The notes under the pieces were generated by a model that had not been told where the DNA came from, searched no databases, and was given only the letters and a program-made list of their open reading frames with translations. Of a stretch of 63,057 nucleotides of DNA, positions 1 through 9,997 are shown piece after piece. Position 1 is the stretch's first letter; every line of letters begins with the position of its first letter. This DNA comes from an uncultured Clostridia bacterium (GTDB taxonomy: Bacteria; Bacillota; Clostridia; TANB77; CAG-508), in assembly GCA_944390695.1 (NCBI GenBank), contig CALXQP010000017.1, forward strand, positions 1-63,057, read 5' to 3'. Made by a program: the position numbers and the translations under genes.

Positions 1-796
1 TAAAATCATGATTAAATCCTTTTACTTCATCATATAAAATTGTTAAAGACTTATTATATTCTTCTACACTTTCTAAATTCTTTCTGGTATCTGCTAATTT
101 TATAATACGTGTAAAACTATAAATACTCGTACAAAAGAATAAAACAAATATTACAAAGTTGGCAAAAGTAATTATAAGAGGCACAACATTTATATAAAAA
201 GTGGTAATAACTAATTGTAATATTAATGTTATAAAACCAGTAACAATATTCAAACAAAGTATTATCAAAGTTTTTTTATCTAAATTATCTATATAATCTA
301 GTGATATTCTCTTATTCCTAAATTTTTTCAAAACAAATATAATCAATTGTATGATACTGTAAACTATAATTAAATAGAGAATTCTATATATAGGAATATT
401 TAAGTATGTTTCAAAATCAATATTTAATAAGGTTATGTATGGGTTTTGAATTAAAATATTTATTATTCCAAATGTAAATGTTGAAAATATTTCTCCAATA
501 AAAGTTTTTATAAAACTTAATTTTGTAAATAATTTTATGTACAAAAATATAAAAACATAATTTAATACAATATAATATGGTGCAGGAACAAATGCGGAAA
601 GTAACATACTTGTAAAAGCAAGAAGTAAAGCGCAAATAGCCATTTTAGTTTTTGGCAGAGTAATATTAAAAATAACAATTGCTAGGCTAATGATTAAATA
701 AGCTTCAATCAATCCAGCTGGAATTAATATAATATTCAATAACAAATCATTTTCACTATATAAAGCTCTCCAAGCAAAATTAAGAAACTGTGACAA
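1..796 (-). CDS. AgrC-like membrane sensor histidine kinase (GHKL family), N-terminal part; runs off the window start
   Basis: Manual translation from TTG at 796 (GGAGG upstream) gives MSQFLNFAWRALYSENDLLL... with several TM segments, open to base 1 and ending ...LYDEVKGFNHDF (AgrC-type phospho-His box). Adjacent to a LytTR regulator. Missing from the ORF track because it has no stop in the window. Confidence 0.8.
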   Translation of the reverse strand, partial: MSQFLNFAWRALYSENDLLLNIILIPAGLIEAYLIISLAIVIFNITLPKTKMAICALLLAFTSMLLSAFVPAPYYIVLNYVFIFLYIKLFTKLSFIKTFIGEIFSTFTFGIINILIQNPYITLLNIDFETYLNIPIYRILYLIIVYSIIQLIIFVLKKFRNKRISLDYIDNLDKKTLIILCLNIVTGFITLILQLVITTFYINVVPLIITFANFVIFVLFFCTSIYSFTRIIKLADTRKNLESVEEYNKSLTILYDEVKGFNHDF

Positions 797-1491
797 AATC
801 TAACACCTCCAATAAAGAATTTTTATATTTAGGACCAATATAACAAACAGATCCATTCTTAAAATGAATTAAATTATCATTCAGCAAAATATTGGAAATA
901 TTATTTACATTCACAATAAACGACTTATGACATCTTACAAAATTCTTCGGAAGATTAAGCTTATTAAAAGAATTATATGTAACATAATCCAACTTAAAAG
1001 TATGATAAATAAGTTTAGCTCCGTCTTTTTTCAATAAACTGAATATCATTCAAATCTAAAAAAGTATTTTTATTATCAATTTTCAAAAACTTAGTTTCAG
1101 TAGCTGAAACATCATTAAACAATCTAGTCAAAGAGGAAGTAAGAGTTTCAATATTAAGACAAGACTTAAAGATATAGTCAAAAGTTGTATACTTATAAGC
1201 TTCTGCAATATATTCAAAATGACTTGTAATAAAAATCAAATAACAATTTTTATTAATATTTCGTATTTTTTTAGCTATATCTAATCCATTTTCATGGTGA
1301 CCATTAAATTCAATATCAAGAATAACTACATTAACTTTATTTGTAGAGATATAAGACAACAACTCTTTAGAATCAGTTGTTGTAAAAACAATTTTTGCAT
1401 CAAAGTCATTAGTAATAATCACTTTTTCTAATAGAGATGAAATTCTATTAAGCATACGAATATCATCATCACAAAGTACGAAGTTTAACAT
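780..1491 (-). CDS. AgrA-like LytTR response regulator, split by a +1 frame break at CGG 1023-1021 (about 236 aa if joined)
   Basis: ORF 1015..1509 is a REC domain (CDDD, LDIE, FIT, K). ORF 780..1049 is the LytTR domain (FVRCHKSFIVN). Junction GAA AAA AGA CGG AGC TAA versus GGA GCT AAA in the +1 frame. ATG 1491 has GGAG upstream. Confidence 0.85.
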
Positions 1492-1528
1492 TCTTTCTCC
1501 TATGTACATTCGATAGAATTAAAAAAAT

Positions 1529-1535
1529 TTCGACA
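1529..1535 (-). promoter_or_regulatory. Candidate Spo0A box (TGTCGAA) upstream of the agr-like regulator
   Basis: TTCGACA at 1529-1535 is the reverse complement of the TGNCGAA consensus. Confidence 0.35.
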
Positions 1536-1728
1536 AATCACAAGTAAAAATATAAAATAAATTTCAAAACTTGTCAATACTCTATTTGCATAGAATGATA
1601 CATTGGCGCAGTATTCAAGAATCACTTAAAAATTAATTAAATTTAAAAGGTAATATTTGAAATATTTTACACATAAAATTAAAAAAAGATATAGATAATT
1701 AAGCCTTAAGAAAGGAATGTGATCAAAA

Positions 1729-2538
1729 ATGAAAAAAATCAAAATAAACCTCAAAACATCACTTGCAATGTTAATTATAATTGCAATTTTTACTATAAGT
1801 GTAATAACAACAAATCAAAACACTTCAATTTTAACCAATGTAGAAGCTACAGAAAAAACTATAGGGTGGGGAATAAAAAGAGCCCAAAACCATGAACAGC
1901 CAGATGTTGGAGAATCCAACAAAAAAACACTAGAAGAAAGTAACGGAATATGCTTAGGAAAAGAAAATGAAAAAACAATTTATTTAACATTTGATGCAGG
2001 CTATGAAGCAGGATATATGGATAAAATATTAGACACATTAAAAGAAAACAATGTAACAGCAACATTCTTTATAACAGCACATTACCTCAACTCTGCATCA
2101 GACAAAGTTCAAAGAATGATTGAAGAAAAACACATTATAGGCAACCATACATGCCAACATCCAAGCCTCCCAAGTATAAGTGATGAAAAAATAGAAGACG
2201 AAATAATGAAACTGCATCAAGCTGTATATGAAAAATTCGGATATGAAATGAAATATTTCAGACCTCCAAAAGGAGAATTCAACCAAAGAACATTGAAAAA
2301 AACATCATCATTAGGGTACAAAACAGTAATGTGGAGTTTTGCATACTGTGACTGGGACGAAAAAAAGCAACCAACAAATGAAGAAGCAATAAAAACAATA
2401 ACAAACAATTTTCACCCAGGAGAAATAATGTTACTACATTCAAATTCCAAAACAAATGCAGATGTTTTAGACACAATAATAAAAGAAGCCAAAAACCAAG
2501 GTTATGAATTCAAAAGCCTAGACGAATTTGTAAAATAA
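1729..2538 (+). CDS. pdaA: Spore cortex delta-lactam-biosynthetic N-acetylmuramic acid deacetylase (polysaccharide deacetylase)
   Basis: Signal peptide; YLTFDAGY, GNHT..H, FRPPKG, WSFAY.DW and MLLH motifs typical of PdaA. Confidence 0.8.
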   Translation: MKKIKINLKTSLAMLIIIAIFTISVITTNQNTSILTNVEATEKTIGWGIKRAQNHEQPDVGESNKKTLEESNGICLGKENEKTIYLTFDAGYEAGYMDKILDTLKENNVTATFFITAHYLNSASDKVQRMIEEKHIIGNHTCQHPSLPSISDEKIEDEIMKLHQAVYEKFGYEMKYFRPPKGEFNQRTLKKTSSLGYKTVMWSFAYCDWDEKKQPTNEEAIKTITNNFHPGEIMLLHSNSKTNADVLDTIIKEAKNQGYEFKSLDEFVK

Positions 2539-2551
2539 ATAGGAGGAGCAT

Positions 2552-2821
2552 ATGAAGAAAAACAGATTAGAAAAACTATTAGAATTACCAGAAGAAGTAT
2601 ATTCAAACGAACCAAAGATAACAATAACAGGTTTTAATGAAATAATATTAGAAAATTATAAAGGAATATTAGAATATGAAGAATTTTTTGCCAGTATAAG
2701 CACATATATAGGAGTTGTAAATATAAATGGATTTAATTTAAATCTTGAAAAAATGACAAATGATGATATTAAAATTACAGGGAAAATAGAAAGTATTGAT
2801 ATAGAAAGGACTGAAGGGTAA
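2552..2821 (+). CDS. yqfC: Sporulation protein YqfC (YabP/YqfC family)
   Basis: LELPEE..P.IT..G...ENYKGILEY pattern; directly upstream of yqfD. Confidence 0.85.
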   Translation: MKKNRLEKLLELPEEVYSNEPKITITGFNEIILENYKGILEYEEFFASISTYIGVVNINGFNLNLEKMTNDDIKITGKIESIDIERTEG

Positions 2822-2822
2822 A

Positions 2823-4037
2823 ATGTTATTAAAGATTTTGCTAAAGTACATATTAGGATATGTTAGAATAACAGTAGAAGGATACTATATAGAAAGATTT
2901 ATAAATATATGTACAACTAGCAAAATCTTAATATGGAATTTAAAAAGAGAAAAAGGTGTAAAATTACATTTAAATATAGGAATAAATGATTTTTTTAAAG
3001 CAGTAAAAGTAGCCAAAAAACTAAAATGTAGAATAAAAATAACCAAAAAACGAGGAATACCATTTTTAATAAACAAATATAAAAAAAGAAAAATATTTTT
3101 CATTACACTAATAATAATAGTAATTTTAATCGGAGTAAGCACAAACTTTGTTTGGAATATCAATATAGAAGTAGAAGACAATCTTGAACTTCAAAATATA
3201 GAACAAGACATTAAAGAAGCGGGATTAGAAGTAGGAATGCTAAAAAAGAATGTAGACACTCAAGAAATAATAAATAAAATAAGATTAGATAGAAGTGACA
3301 TTTCCTGGGTAGGTATAGAGCTAAAAGGAACAAATGCAATTGTAAAAATTGTAAAAGCCACTGAAGCGCCAGAAATAATTGATGAAAAAGATTATAGTAA
3401 TATAGTAGCAAAAAAATCAGGAACAATAACAAAAATAATAGCACAAAACGGAACAGCACAAGTCAAAATAGGAGATGAAGTAGAAGAAGGCCAAATACTA
3501 ATTCAAGGAACAATGGAAGGAAAATACACAGGAACAAGATATGTACATAGTTTAGGAGAAGTTGAAGCAATAGTTAAATACAGTAAGACAAAAAGAATTT
3601 ATCTAAAAACAGTAGAAAAAGTCACAACAGGAGAAAAAGAAACGAAATATAGAATAAAAATAAATAATTTTCAAATAAATTTTTATAAAACTATTTCAAA
3701 ATTTAAAATTTATGATACAATAGAAGAGGAAAAAAAGTTTAAGATATTTTCAAACTTATATTTACCAATTTCCGTAATCAAAATAACTAATGAAGAATTG
3801 GAAAAAAATTCAAAACAATACACAGTTGAAGAAGCAACGGAAAAATTAACAAAACAATTAGAAGAACAAATAGAGGCAGAAATAGAAAATAAAGAAAATA
3901 TACTAGATAAAAAGGCAAATATAATAGAAAGTAATGAACAATATGTAGAAATAAGTGTAACATATGAAGTAATTGAAAATATAGGAATGCAGGAAAAAAT
4001 AAATGAAATACAGCAGCAAACAGAAGATATACAATAA
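2823..4037 (+). CDS. yqfD: Sporulation protein YqfD (SpoIV family)
   Basis: GYV.I.VEG..IERFIN, central TM, SWVGIELKGT, NIVAKKSG.I motifs. Confidence 0.9.
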   Translation: MLLKILLKYILGYVRITVEGYYIERFINICTTSKILIWNLKREKGVKLHLNIGINDFFKAVKVAKKLKCRIKITKKRGIPFLINKYKKRKIFFITLIIIVILIGVSTNFVWNINIEVEDNLELQNIEQDIKEAGLEVGMLKKNVDTQEIINKIRLDRSDISWVGIELKGTNAIVKIVKATEAPEIIDEKDYSNIVAKKSGTITKIIAQNGTAQVKIGDEVEEGQILIQGTMEGKYTGTRYVHSLGEVEAIVKYSKTKRIYLKTVEKVTTGEKETKYRIKINNFQINFYKTISKFKIYDTIEEEKKFKIFSNLYLPISVIKITNEELEKNSKQYTVEEATEKLTKQLEEQIEAEIENKENILDKKANIIESNEQYVEISVTYEVIENIGMQEKINEIQQQTEDIQ

Positions 4038-4074
4038 CCTGCCTACCGAATAACTTTGGAAAGGAAGAGGAATT

Positions 4075-5262
4075 ATGGAAGAGAGAAGTTTAAGAGTAGT
4101 AGGAACAGATAAAACATTTTTTAATAAATTAACAAATACATTAACCAAATTATTAATTCCAACACAAATAGGAATAAATGGAATGAGAATAAGCATGAAA
4201 AGAAATGCACTTATAAAAGCATATGAAGTATCAGAAGAAAATGAAGATACAAATAAGAAATATGAAGATTCATATACAGCATATTTAGAGGCATTAGATA
4301 AATATGTATTAGATACAATATACAAAAAAGTAAAAAATGAAACTGCATCAAAAGTAGAAAGTTTGGCATTATCACAATATTATGGAATAGTTCAATTAAA
4401 ACAAACTGAATATGTAGAATATAAATATAGAAAACAAAAATATTTACTAGAATTAGATAAAGAAACTGTAATGAATTCTGGAAAACAAAAAATGATAGAA
4501 AAATATCAGAATTTTTATTTAGAAAAACAAGATTCATTATATAAAGGAATATTAAAGAACTATTCTGTAAAATTGGCAGATAATACTGATGTTTATGATT
4601 CTTCAAAAGAATATATATATGTAAAAATATTTGATACATTAGAAGATTATATAAAAAATATTTTACCATTAAAAATAAATGATCCAAAATTAGAAAAAGT
4701 GGCAAAAGAGTATGAAAAATACGAAAGATTTTCTGTAGGAAAATTAGACACAAGGGACAATATAGAAAAAAACATGATATTATTAGGAATAAGCAGAAAT
4801 TTATTTACACATAGTTTACCATTAGTAGTTGCATCACAATGTTATATGAAATTATTAAAAGATGCTAGATGTTTAGTACAAGATACAAAAATAGCAGCAA
4901 AAAGAGAAAAAGCATATACAATGTTATTAAATTTAATAGAAGATTATAATATAAAACTTTTAGCAACAAAAGTATATTGGGATAATGCAAAAGAAAGAGA
5001 ACAATTTAAACGTTTCCATGAAAAATATAAAGAAATTGAAAAACTAAAGGAAATTGATTTTATAGAATATGTAAAACAAAAAGAAATACTATTTATAAAA
5101 GAAGATATCAAAAAAATACAAAATGAAAAAACTGATTATAGTAGATTAGTAAAATATTATAAAAGGAAACTTGTAGACTATGGAGTAATGAAAGAAATAA
5201 GAGATTTTAAAACAATAAATTCAAAATATATAAAAAGAAAATTAAGTAGTGTAGAAGTTTAA
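4075..5262 (+). CDS. Hypothetical helical protein (395 aa)
   Basis: Long ORF with RBS (GAGG), operonic position, genome-typical codon usage; no motif recognised. Confidence 0.75.
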   Translation: MEERSLRVVGTDKTFFNKLTNTLTKLLIPTQIGINGMRISMKRNALIKAYEVSEENEDTNKKYEDSYTAYLEALDKYVLDTIYKKVKNETASKVESLALSQYYGIVQLKQTEYVEYKYRKQKYLLELDKETVMNSGKQKMIEKYQNFYLEKQDSLYKGILKNYSVKLADNTDVYDSSKEYIYVKIFDTLEDYIKNILPLKINDPKLEKVAKEYEKYERFSVGKLDTRDNIEKNMILLGISRNLFTHSLPLVVASQCYMKLLKDARCLVQDTKIAAKREKAYTMLLNLIEDYNIKLLATKVYWDNAKEREQFKRFHEKYKEIEKLKEIDFIEYVKQKEILFIKEDIKKIQNEKTDYSRLVKYYKRKLVDYGVMKEIRDFKTINSKYIKRKLSSVEV

Positions 5263-5284
5263 AAAATATTTATAGGTGAGAAAG

Positions 5285-5764
5285 ATGTATCAATTAGAAT
5301 ATTTAGACATAGAGGAAAATCCTGAATATGAAAATATAATAAAAAAAGTAGTAAAACAATGTTTTAAAGAAGAAAAATTAGAAAATTCGAAATTATATAT
5401 AAGTATAACATTAACAACACCAGAACAAATTCATTTAATAAATAAACAATATAGAGATGTTGACAAAGAAACTGATGTATTATCATTCCCAATGTTTGAA
5501 AAAGAAGAGATAGAACAGAAAATAGAAAATCAAGATTTTGAGTATGAAGATGTACTTGGAGATATAGTAATATCAATTGAAAGAGTAAAAGGACAAGCAG
5601 AAGAATATGGGCATAGTTTTGAAAGAGAGCTTGCATATATGGTAGTACATGGATTTTATCATTTAATGGGATATGACCATATGGTAGAAGATGATAAAGT
5701 TCTAATGAGGGCAAAAGAAGAAAATATATTAAATAAATTAGAGATAAGAAGGGATGAAATATGA
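5285..5764 (+). CDS. ybeY: rRNA maturation endoribonuclease YbeY
   Basis: TDVLSFP, LGDIVIS, HGFYHLMGYDH motifs; start ATG 5285 (alternative GTG 5276). Confidence 0.95.
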   Translation: MYQLEYLDIEENPEYENIIKKVVKQCFKEEKLENSKLYISITLTTPEQIHLINKQYRDVDKETDVLSFPMFEKEEIEQKIENQDFEYEDVLGDIVISIERVKGQAEEYGHSFERELAYMVVHGFYHLMGYDHMVEDDKVLMRAKEENILNKLEIRRDEI

Positions 5765-6908
5765 TATGAATAAAGGTGTTAAATATTTACTGATAATTTT
5801 ATCTATTCTTGTAATAGTTGCAGGGGGATTATTGATATATAAAATAATCACAAAAGAAGATACAAATAAAACAAATGGTATAATAAGTGAAACTGAAAAT
5901 CAGGAAGAAGAAGCTCCATTAGTAGTGCCAGATAAACAAGTTCAAATATATAGTGGTACAGATAGACCAATAGCTGTAATGATAGACAATCATACAAAAG
6001 CTTGGCCACAAGCAAATTTAAATAAAGCATATTTAGTATATGAAATAGTAGTTGAAGGTGGAGAGACCAGACTAATGGCTTTGTTTAAAGGACAGAATTT
6101 AGAAAAAATAGGACCAGTAAGAAGTTCAAGACATTATTTCCTAGATTATGCTTTAGAAAATGATGCAATATATGTACATCATGGGTGGAGCCCACAAGCA
6201 CAAAGTGATATACCAAAACTAGGTGTAAATAATATAAATGGAATTCAAGAAAGTTCAAAAGATTTTTGGAGAGAAAAAGGTAAATCAGCACCACATAATT
6301 TATTTACTTCTACAGCAAGTATATTAAAAATAGCTGAAAGAAAAGAATATGAACTAACATCTTCAAAAGAGAGTGTATTAAATTATGTGGCAGATGAATT
6401 TTTATTAAGTGATAAATATGAAAAAGAAAAATATGATGAAGATTCAGCTAATCCTACTACTCAAATAAATAATGAAGAACAAACAAATGACGAAAATGAA
6501 GAGATTGTAATTACTGCAAATAATATTACAATACCACATTCTGGACTACAAAAGGTAAGATATGAATATAACCCAGAAACAAAAACATATACAAGATATG
6601 CAAGAAACAAACTTCAATCAGATTATATTACAGGTGACCCTGTAACAACGAAAAACATAATTATTACAATGTGTGATAATTATACTTTACAAGATGCCGA
6701 GAAGAAAGGAAGACAAGGCTTAAAAAATATAGGAACATTTGATGGATATTATATTACAAATGGTGAAGCTATAAAAATAAAATGTACTAAATCTTCAAGA
6801 GAAGAACAAACAGTTTATAAAGATTTAGATGGAAATGAAATTACAGTTAATGATGGAAATACTTTTATTAATATTTGTCCAACAAATGCGAAAATAGTTA
6901 TAGAATGA
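5754..6908 (+). CDS. YerB-like / DUF3048 membrane-anchored protein
   Basis: N-terminal TM; RPIAVMIDN, YE..VEGG.TR, GPVRS.R, APHN motifs. Confidence 0.8.
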   Translation: MKYDMNKGVKYLLIILSILVIVAGGLLIYKIITKEDTNKTNGIISETENQEEEAPLVVPDKQVQIYSGTDRPIAVMIDNHTKAWPQANLNKAYLVYEIVVEGGETRLMALFKGQNLEKIGPVRSSRHYFLDYALENDAIYVHHGWSPQAQSDIPKLGVNNINGIQESSKDFWREKGKSAPHNLFTSTASILKIAERKEYELTSSKESVLNYVADEFLLSDKYEKEKYDEDSANPTTQINNEEQTNDENEEIVITANNITIPHSGLQKVRYEYNPETKTYTRYARNKLQSDYITGDPVTTKNIIITMCDNYTLQDAEKKGRQGLKNIGTFDGYYITNGEAIKIKCTKSSREEQTVYKDLDGNEITVNDGNTFINICPTNAKIVIE

Positions 6909-7005
6909 TAATTTGGTGCCGGTTCTCTTTTTGCCTTTTGGGCTATAAGTCGCTTGGCTAGCGACTTTTGTCCATTTTGTTAATTTGGTGCAGGTTCTCT
7001 TTTTG
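6909..7005 (-). repeat. Dispersed ~96-bp element, locus 1 (two ~24-bp direct repeats)
   Basis: TAATTTGGTGCCGGTTCTCTTTTTG at 6909 and a one-mismatch copy at 6981 (72 bp apart). Confidence 0.9.
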
Positions 7006-7032
7006 GAATTTTGAATAATAGGAGGTATTAGT

Positions 7033-7986
7033 ATGAATTCAAAAAGAAAAGTAGTATTAGTAGGAGCAGGATTTGTAGGAATGAGTATGGCATACTCATT
7101 ATTAAACCAAGGAGGAGTAGAAGAATTAGTATTAATAGATGTAAATAAAGATAAAACAATTGGGGAAGAAATGGATTTATCTGATGGACTTCCATATTCA
7201 CCACATAAAATGTCTATAAAGGCAGGAGATTATGCAGATTGTAAAGATGCCAATATTGTTGTAATAACAGCAGGATTAGCACAAAAACCAGGACAATCAA
7301 GATTGGAATTAGCAGTAGCAAATGCAAAAATAATGAAAAGTATTACAGAAAGTGTAATGGAAAGTGGTTTTAAAGGAATATTTATTATAGCAAGTAATCC
7401 AGTAGATTTGATGTCATATGTTGTTGCAGAAGTTTCAGGGATGCCAAAGTCTAGAGTAATAGGATCTGGTACTGTACTTGATACAGCAAGATTGAGATAT
7501 TTAATTGCAGAATATCTTGAAGTGTCAAGCAAAAATGTTCATGCATATATTTTAGGAGAACATGGAGATTCTTCACTAGTTCCATGGGAACATTGTTATG
7601 TTGGATGTAAAAAAATGATAGATATAATGAAAGATAATAATCATCCAATGGAAGATTTGAAAAAAATACATGATGGAGTTTGGCAAGCAGCATATAAAAT
7701 TATTGAGAAAAAGAAAGCGACTTATTATGGAATTGGTATGGCATTAAATAGATTGGTAAAAGCAGTTTTAAATGATGAAAATGCAATTCTTACTGTATCA
7801 ACATATCAAAATGGTGAATATGGACAAGAAGGAATGTATATTGGAGTTCCTGCTATTATAAATAAAAATGGTGTTAAAGAAATTTTAGAGCTAAAATTAA
7901 ATGAAGAAGATCAAGCTAAATTTAATCATAGTTGTGAAATTATGAAACAAAATATAGAAAATGAAATTAAACCTATAATTGAATAA
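7033..7986 (+). CDS. ldh: L-lactate dehydrogenase
   Basis: GAGFVG, QKPGQSRL, NPVD, GTVLDTARL, GEHGDS, ATYYGIG. Confidence 0.95.
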   Translation: MNSKRKVVLVGAGFVGMSMAYSLLNQGGVEELVLIDVNKDKTIGEEMDLSDGLPYSPHKMSIKAGDYADCKDANIVVITAGLAQKPGQSRLELAVANAKIMKSITESVMESGFKGIFIIASNPVDLMSYVVAEVSGMPKSRVIGSGTVLDTARLRYLIAEYLEVSSKNVHAYILGEHGDSSLVPWEHCYVGCKKMIDIMKDNNHPMEDLKKIHDGVWQAAYKIIEKKKATYYGIGMALNRLVKAVLNDENAILTVSTYQNGEYGQEGMYIGVPAIINKNGVKEILELKLNEEDQAKFNHSCEIMKQNIENEIKPIIE

Positions 7987-7991
7987 AAAAA

Positions 7992-8027
7992 TGCAAATAG
8001 GAGATAATTAATAGTCTCCTATTTTGC
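7992..8027 (+). terminator. Hairpin terminator after ldh
   Basis: GCAAATAGGAGA...TCTCCTATTTTGC inverted repeat. Confidence 0.55.
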
Positions 8028-8102
8028 TATAAATTTATGGTAAATTATTGCTTTTTGCCATACAATATAGTAAAATAGCTATATGTAAAAGGAGGTATAA
8101 AA

Positions 8103-8390
8103 TTGAAAGTTAGTAGAGAAGAAATATTGCATATTGCAAATTTAGCACAACTAGAATTAGAAGAACAAGAGATAGAAAAATACCAATCAAATTTACAAGA
8201 TATATTAGATTTTGCTAATATAGTAAATAATGCACCAGTTGAAAATTTGGATATTACAATAGGTGCAAATGAAATGAAAAATGTATTTAGAAAAGATGAA
8301 GTAAAAATATTTAAAAATATAGATGGATTATTAAAAAATGCACCAGAACAAGAACAACACATGTTCAAAATACCAAAAGTATTAAATTAA
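8103..8390 (+). CDS. gatC: Asp/Glu-tRNA amidotransferase subunit C
   Basis: HIANLAQL, VFRKDE, NAPE...FKIPKV; upstream of gatA. Confidence 0.9.
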   Translation: MKVSREEILHIANLAQLELEEQEIEKYQSNLQDILDFANIVNNAPVENLDITIGANEMKNVFRKDEVKIFKNIDGLLKNAPEQEQHMFKIPKVLN

Positions 8391-8535
8391 AATTTGATAT
8401 TTTTATTATAATTTGAAAATATAATTTTCTGTCAGATTAAAATTGATACTTTATTTTGTATAAAATAATTAAATTATATGAAAATTTATTACCAGGTTAG
8501 ATTAAAATTAATACTTTATTTTGGGAGGAAAATAA

Positions 8536-9984
8536 ATGGAAATTACAGAATTAACAGTACATGAGTTAAAAGAAAAATTGAAAAATAAGGAATTAACAAT
8601 AGAGAAAATTAATAAAGCATATATAGATAGAATAAATGAAAAAGAAGAAGATGTACAAGCATTTATAACAAAATTAACAGAACAAGGTTTAGAAAGTGCC
8701 AAAAAACAAGAGTGGAATGGAGAATTGGCAGGAATACCAATAGGAATAAAAGATAATATTTGTACAAATGGAATAAAAACAACATGTGCCTCAAAAATGC
8801 TAGAAAATTTTGTATCACCATATGATGCAACAGTAATAGAAAAAATAAATTCTCAAGGAATGATAAATTTAGGAAAATTAAATATGGATGAATTTGCAAT
8901 GGGAGGCTCAACTGAATATTCATATTTTAAGAAAACAAAAAATCCATGGGATTTATCAAGAGTACCAGGTGGTTCGTCAGGAGGTTCAGCGGCTGCTGTT
9001 GCAGCAAATATGGTACCATGGGCACTTGGAACAGATACTGGTGGAAGTATAAGACAACCTGCAAGTTTTTGTGGTGTAGTTGGACTAAAGCCTACATATG
9101 GATTAGTCTCAAGATTTGGAGTAGTAGCATTTGCATCTTCACTTGATCAAGTAGGTACATTTACAAAAGATGTTGAAGATTGTGCAATACTTTTAAATGT
9201 TATTGCAGGAAAAGATGAAAAAGATACAACATCAGTAGATGTAGGAAATAAAGATTACACAAAAGCCTTACAAAAAGATGTAAAAGGTTTAAAAATAGGA
9301 GTTCCAAAAGAATTTTATGGAGAAGGAATAAATCTTGAAGTTAAGGAATCTTTAGAAAAAGCCATTGAAAAATATAAAGAAATGGGAGCAGAAATTGAAG
9401 AATTTTCTTTGGATATTGCCAAATATGCATTAGCTACTTATTATATAATTGCATGTGCAGAAGCAAGTTCAAATTTGGGAAGATTTGATGGAATTAGATA
9501 TACCTATAGATCTAAAAATGCAAAAACATTAAAAGAAATTTATAAAAAATCAAGAAGTGAAGGATTTGGAGCAGAAGTAAAAAGAAGAATAATTCTTGGA
9601 ACATATGTATTATCATCAGGTTATTATGATGCATATTATAAAAAAGCTCAACAAGTACGTACATTAGTTATGAATCAATTTAATAAAGCATTTGAAAAAT
9701 ATGATGTAATAATAACTCCAACATCTCCAACAGTAGCATTTAAAATTGGAGAAAAATCAAATAATCCAATGGAAATGTATTTAGCTGATATTTGCACAGT
9801 ATCTGTAAATATAGCTGGTTTACCAGGAATATCAATTCCATGTGGCGTAGATAGTCAAGGTTTACCAGTTGGAATGCAAATAATAGGAAATAGATTTGAA
9901 GAAGAAAAAATATTAAAAGCTGCATATGCTTATGAACAAGAAACAAAATTTAGGGAAAAATATAAACCACAATTTAGAGAATAA
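8536..9984 (+). CDS. gatA: Asp/Glu-tRNA amidotransferase subunit A
   Basis: Amidase signature [34 protein letters not shown]. Confidence 0.97.
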   Translation: MEITELTVHELKEKLKNKELTIEKINKAYIDRINEKEEDVQAFITKLTEQGLESAKKQEWNGELAGIPIGIKDNICTNGIKTTCASKMLENFVSPYDATVIEKINSQGMINLGKLNMDEFAMGGSTEYSYFKKTKNPWDLSRVPGGSSGGSAAAVAANMVPWALGTDTGGSIRQPASFCGVVGLKPTYGLVSRFGVVAFASSLDQVGTFTKDVEDCAILLNVIAGKDEKDTTSVDVGNKDYTKALQKDVKGLKIGVPKEFYGEGINLEVKESLEKAIEKYKEMGAEIEEFSLDIAKYALATYYIIACAEASSNLGRFDGIRYTYRSKNAKTLKEIYKKSRSEGFGAEVKRRIILGTYVLSSGYYDAYYKKAQQVRTLVMNQFNKAFEKYDVIITPTSPTVAFKIGEKSNNPMEMYLADICTVSVNIAGLPGISIPCGVDSQGLPVGMQIIGNRFEEEKILKAAYAYEQETKFREKYKPQFRE

Positions 9985-9997
9985 GGAGAATGTAAGT

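Noticed and set aside
417..635. 72-aa minus-strand ORF from the track
   Set aside because: Out-of-frame shadow of the real histidine kinase ORF (796 to <1).
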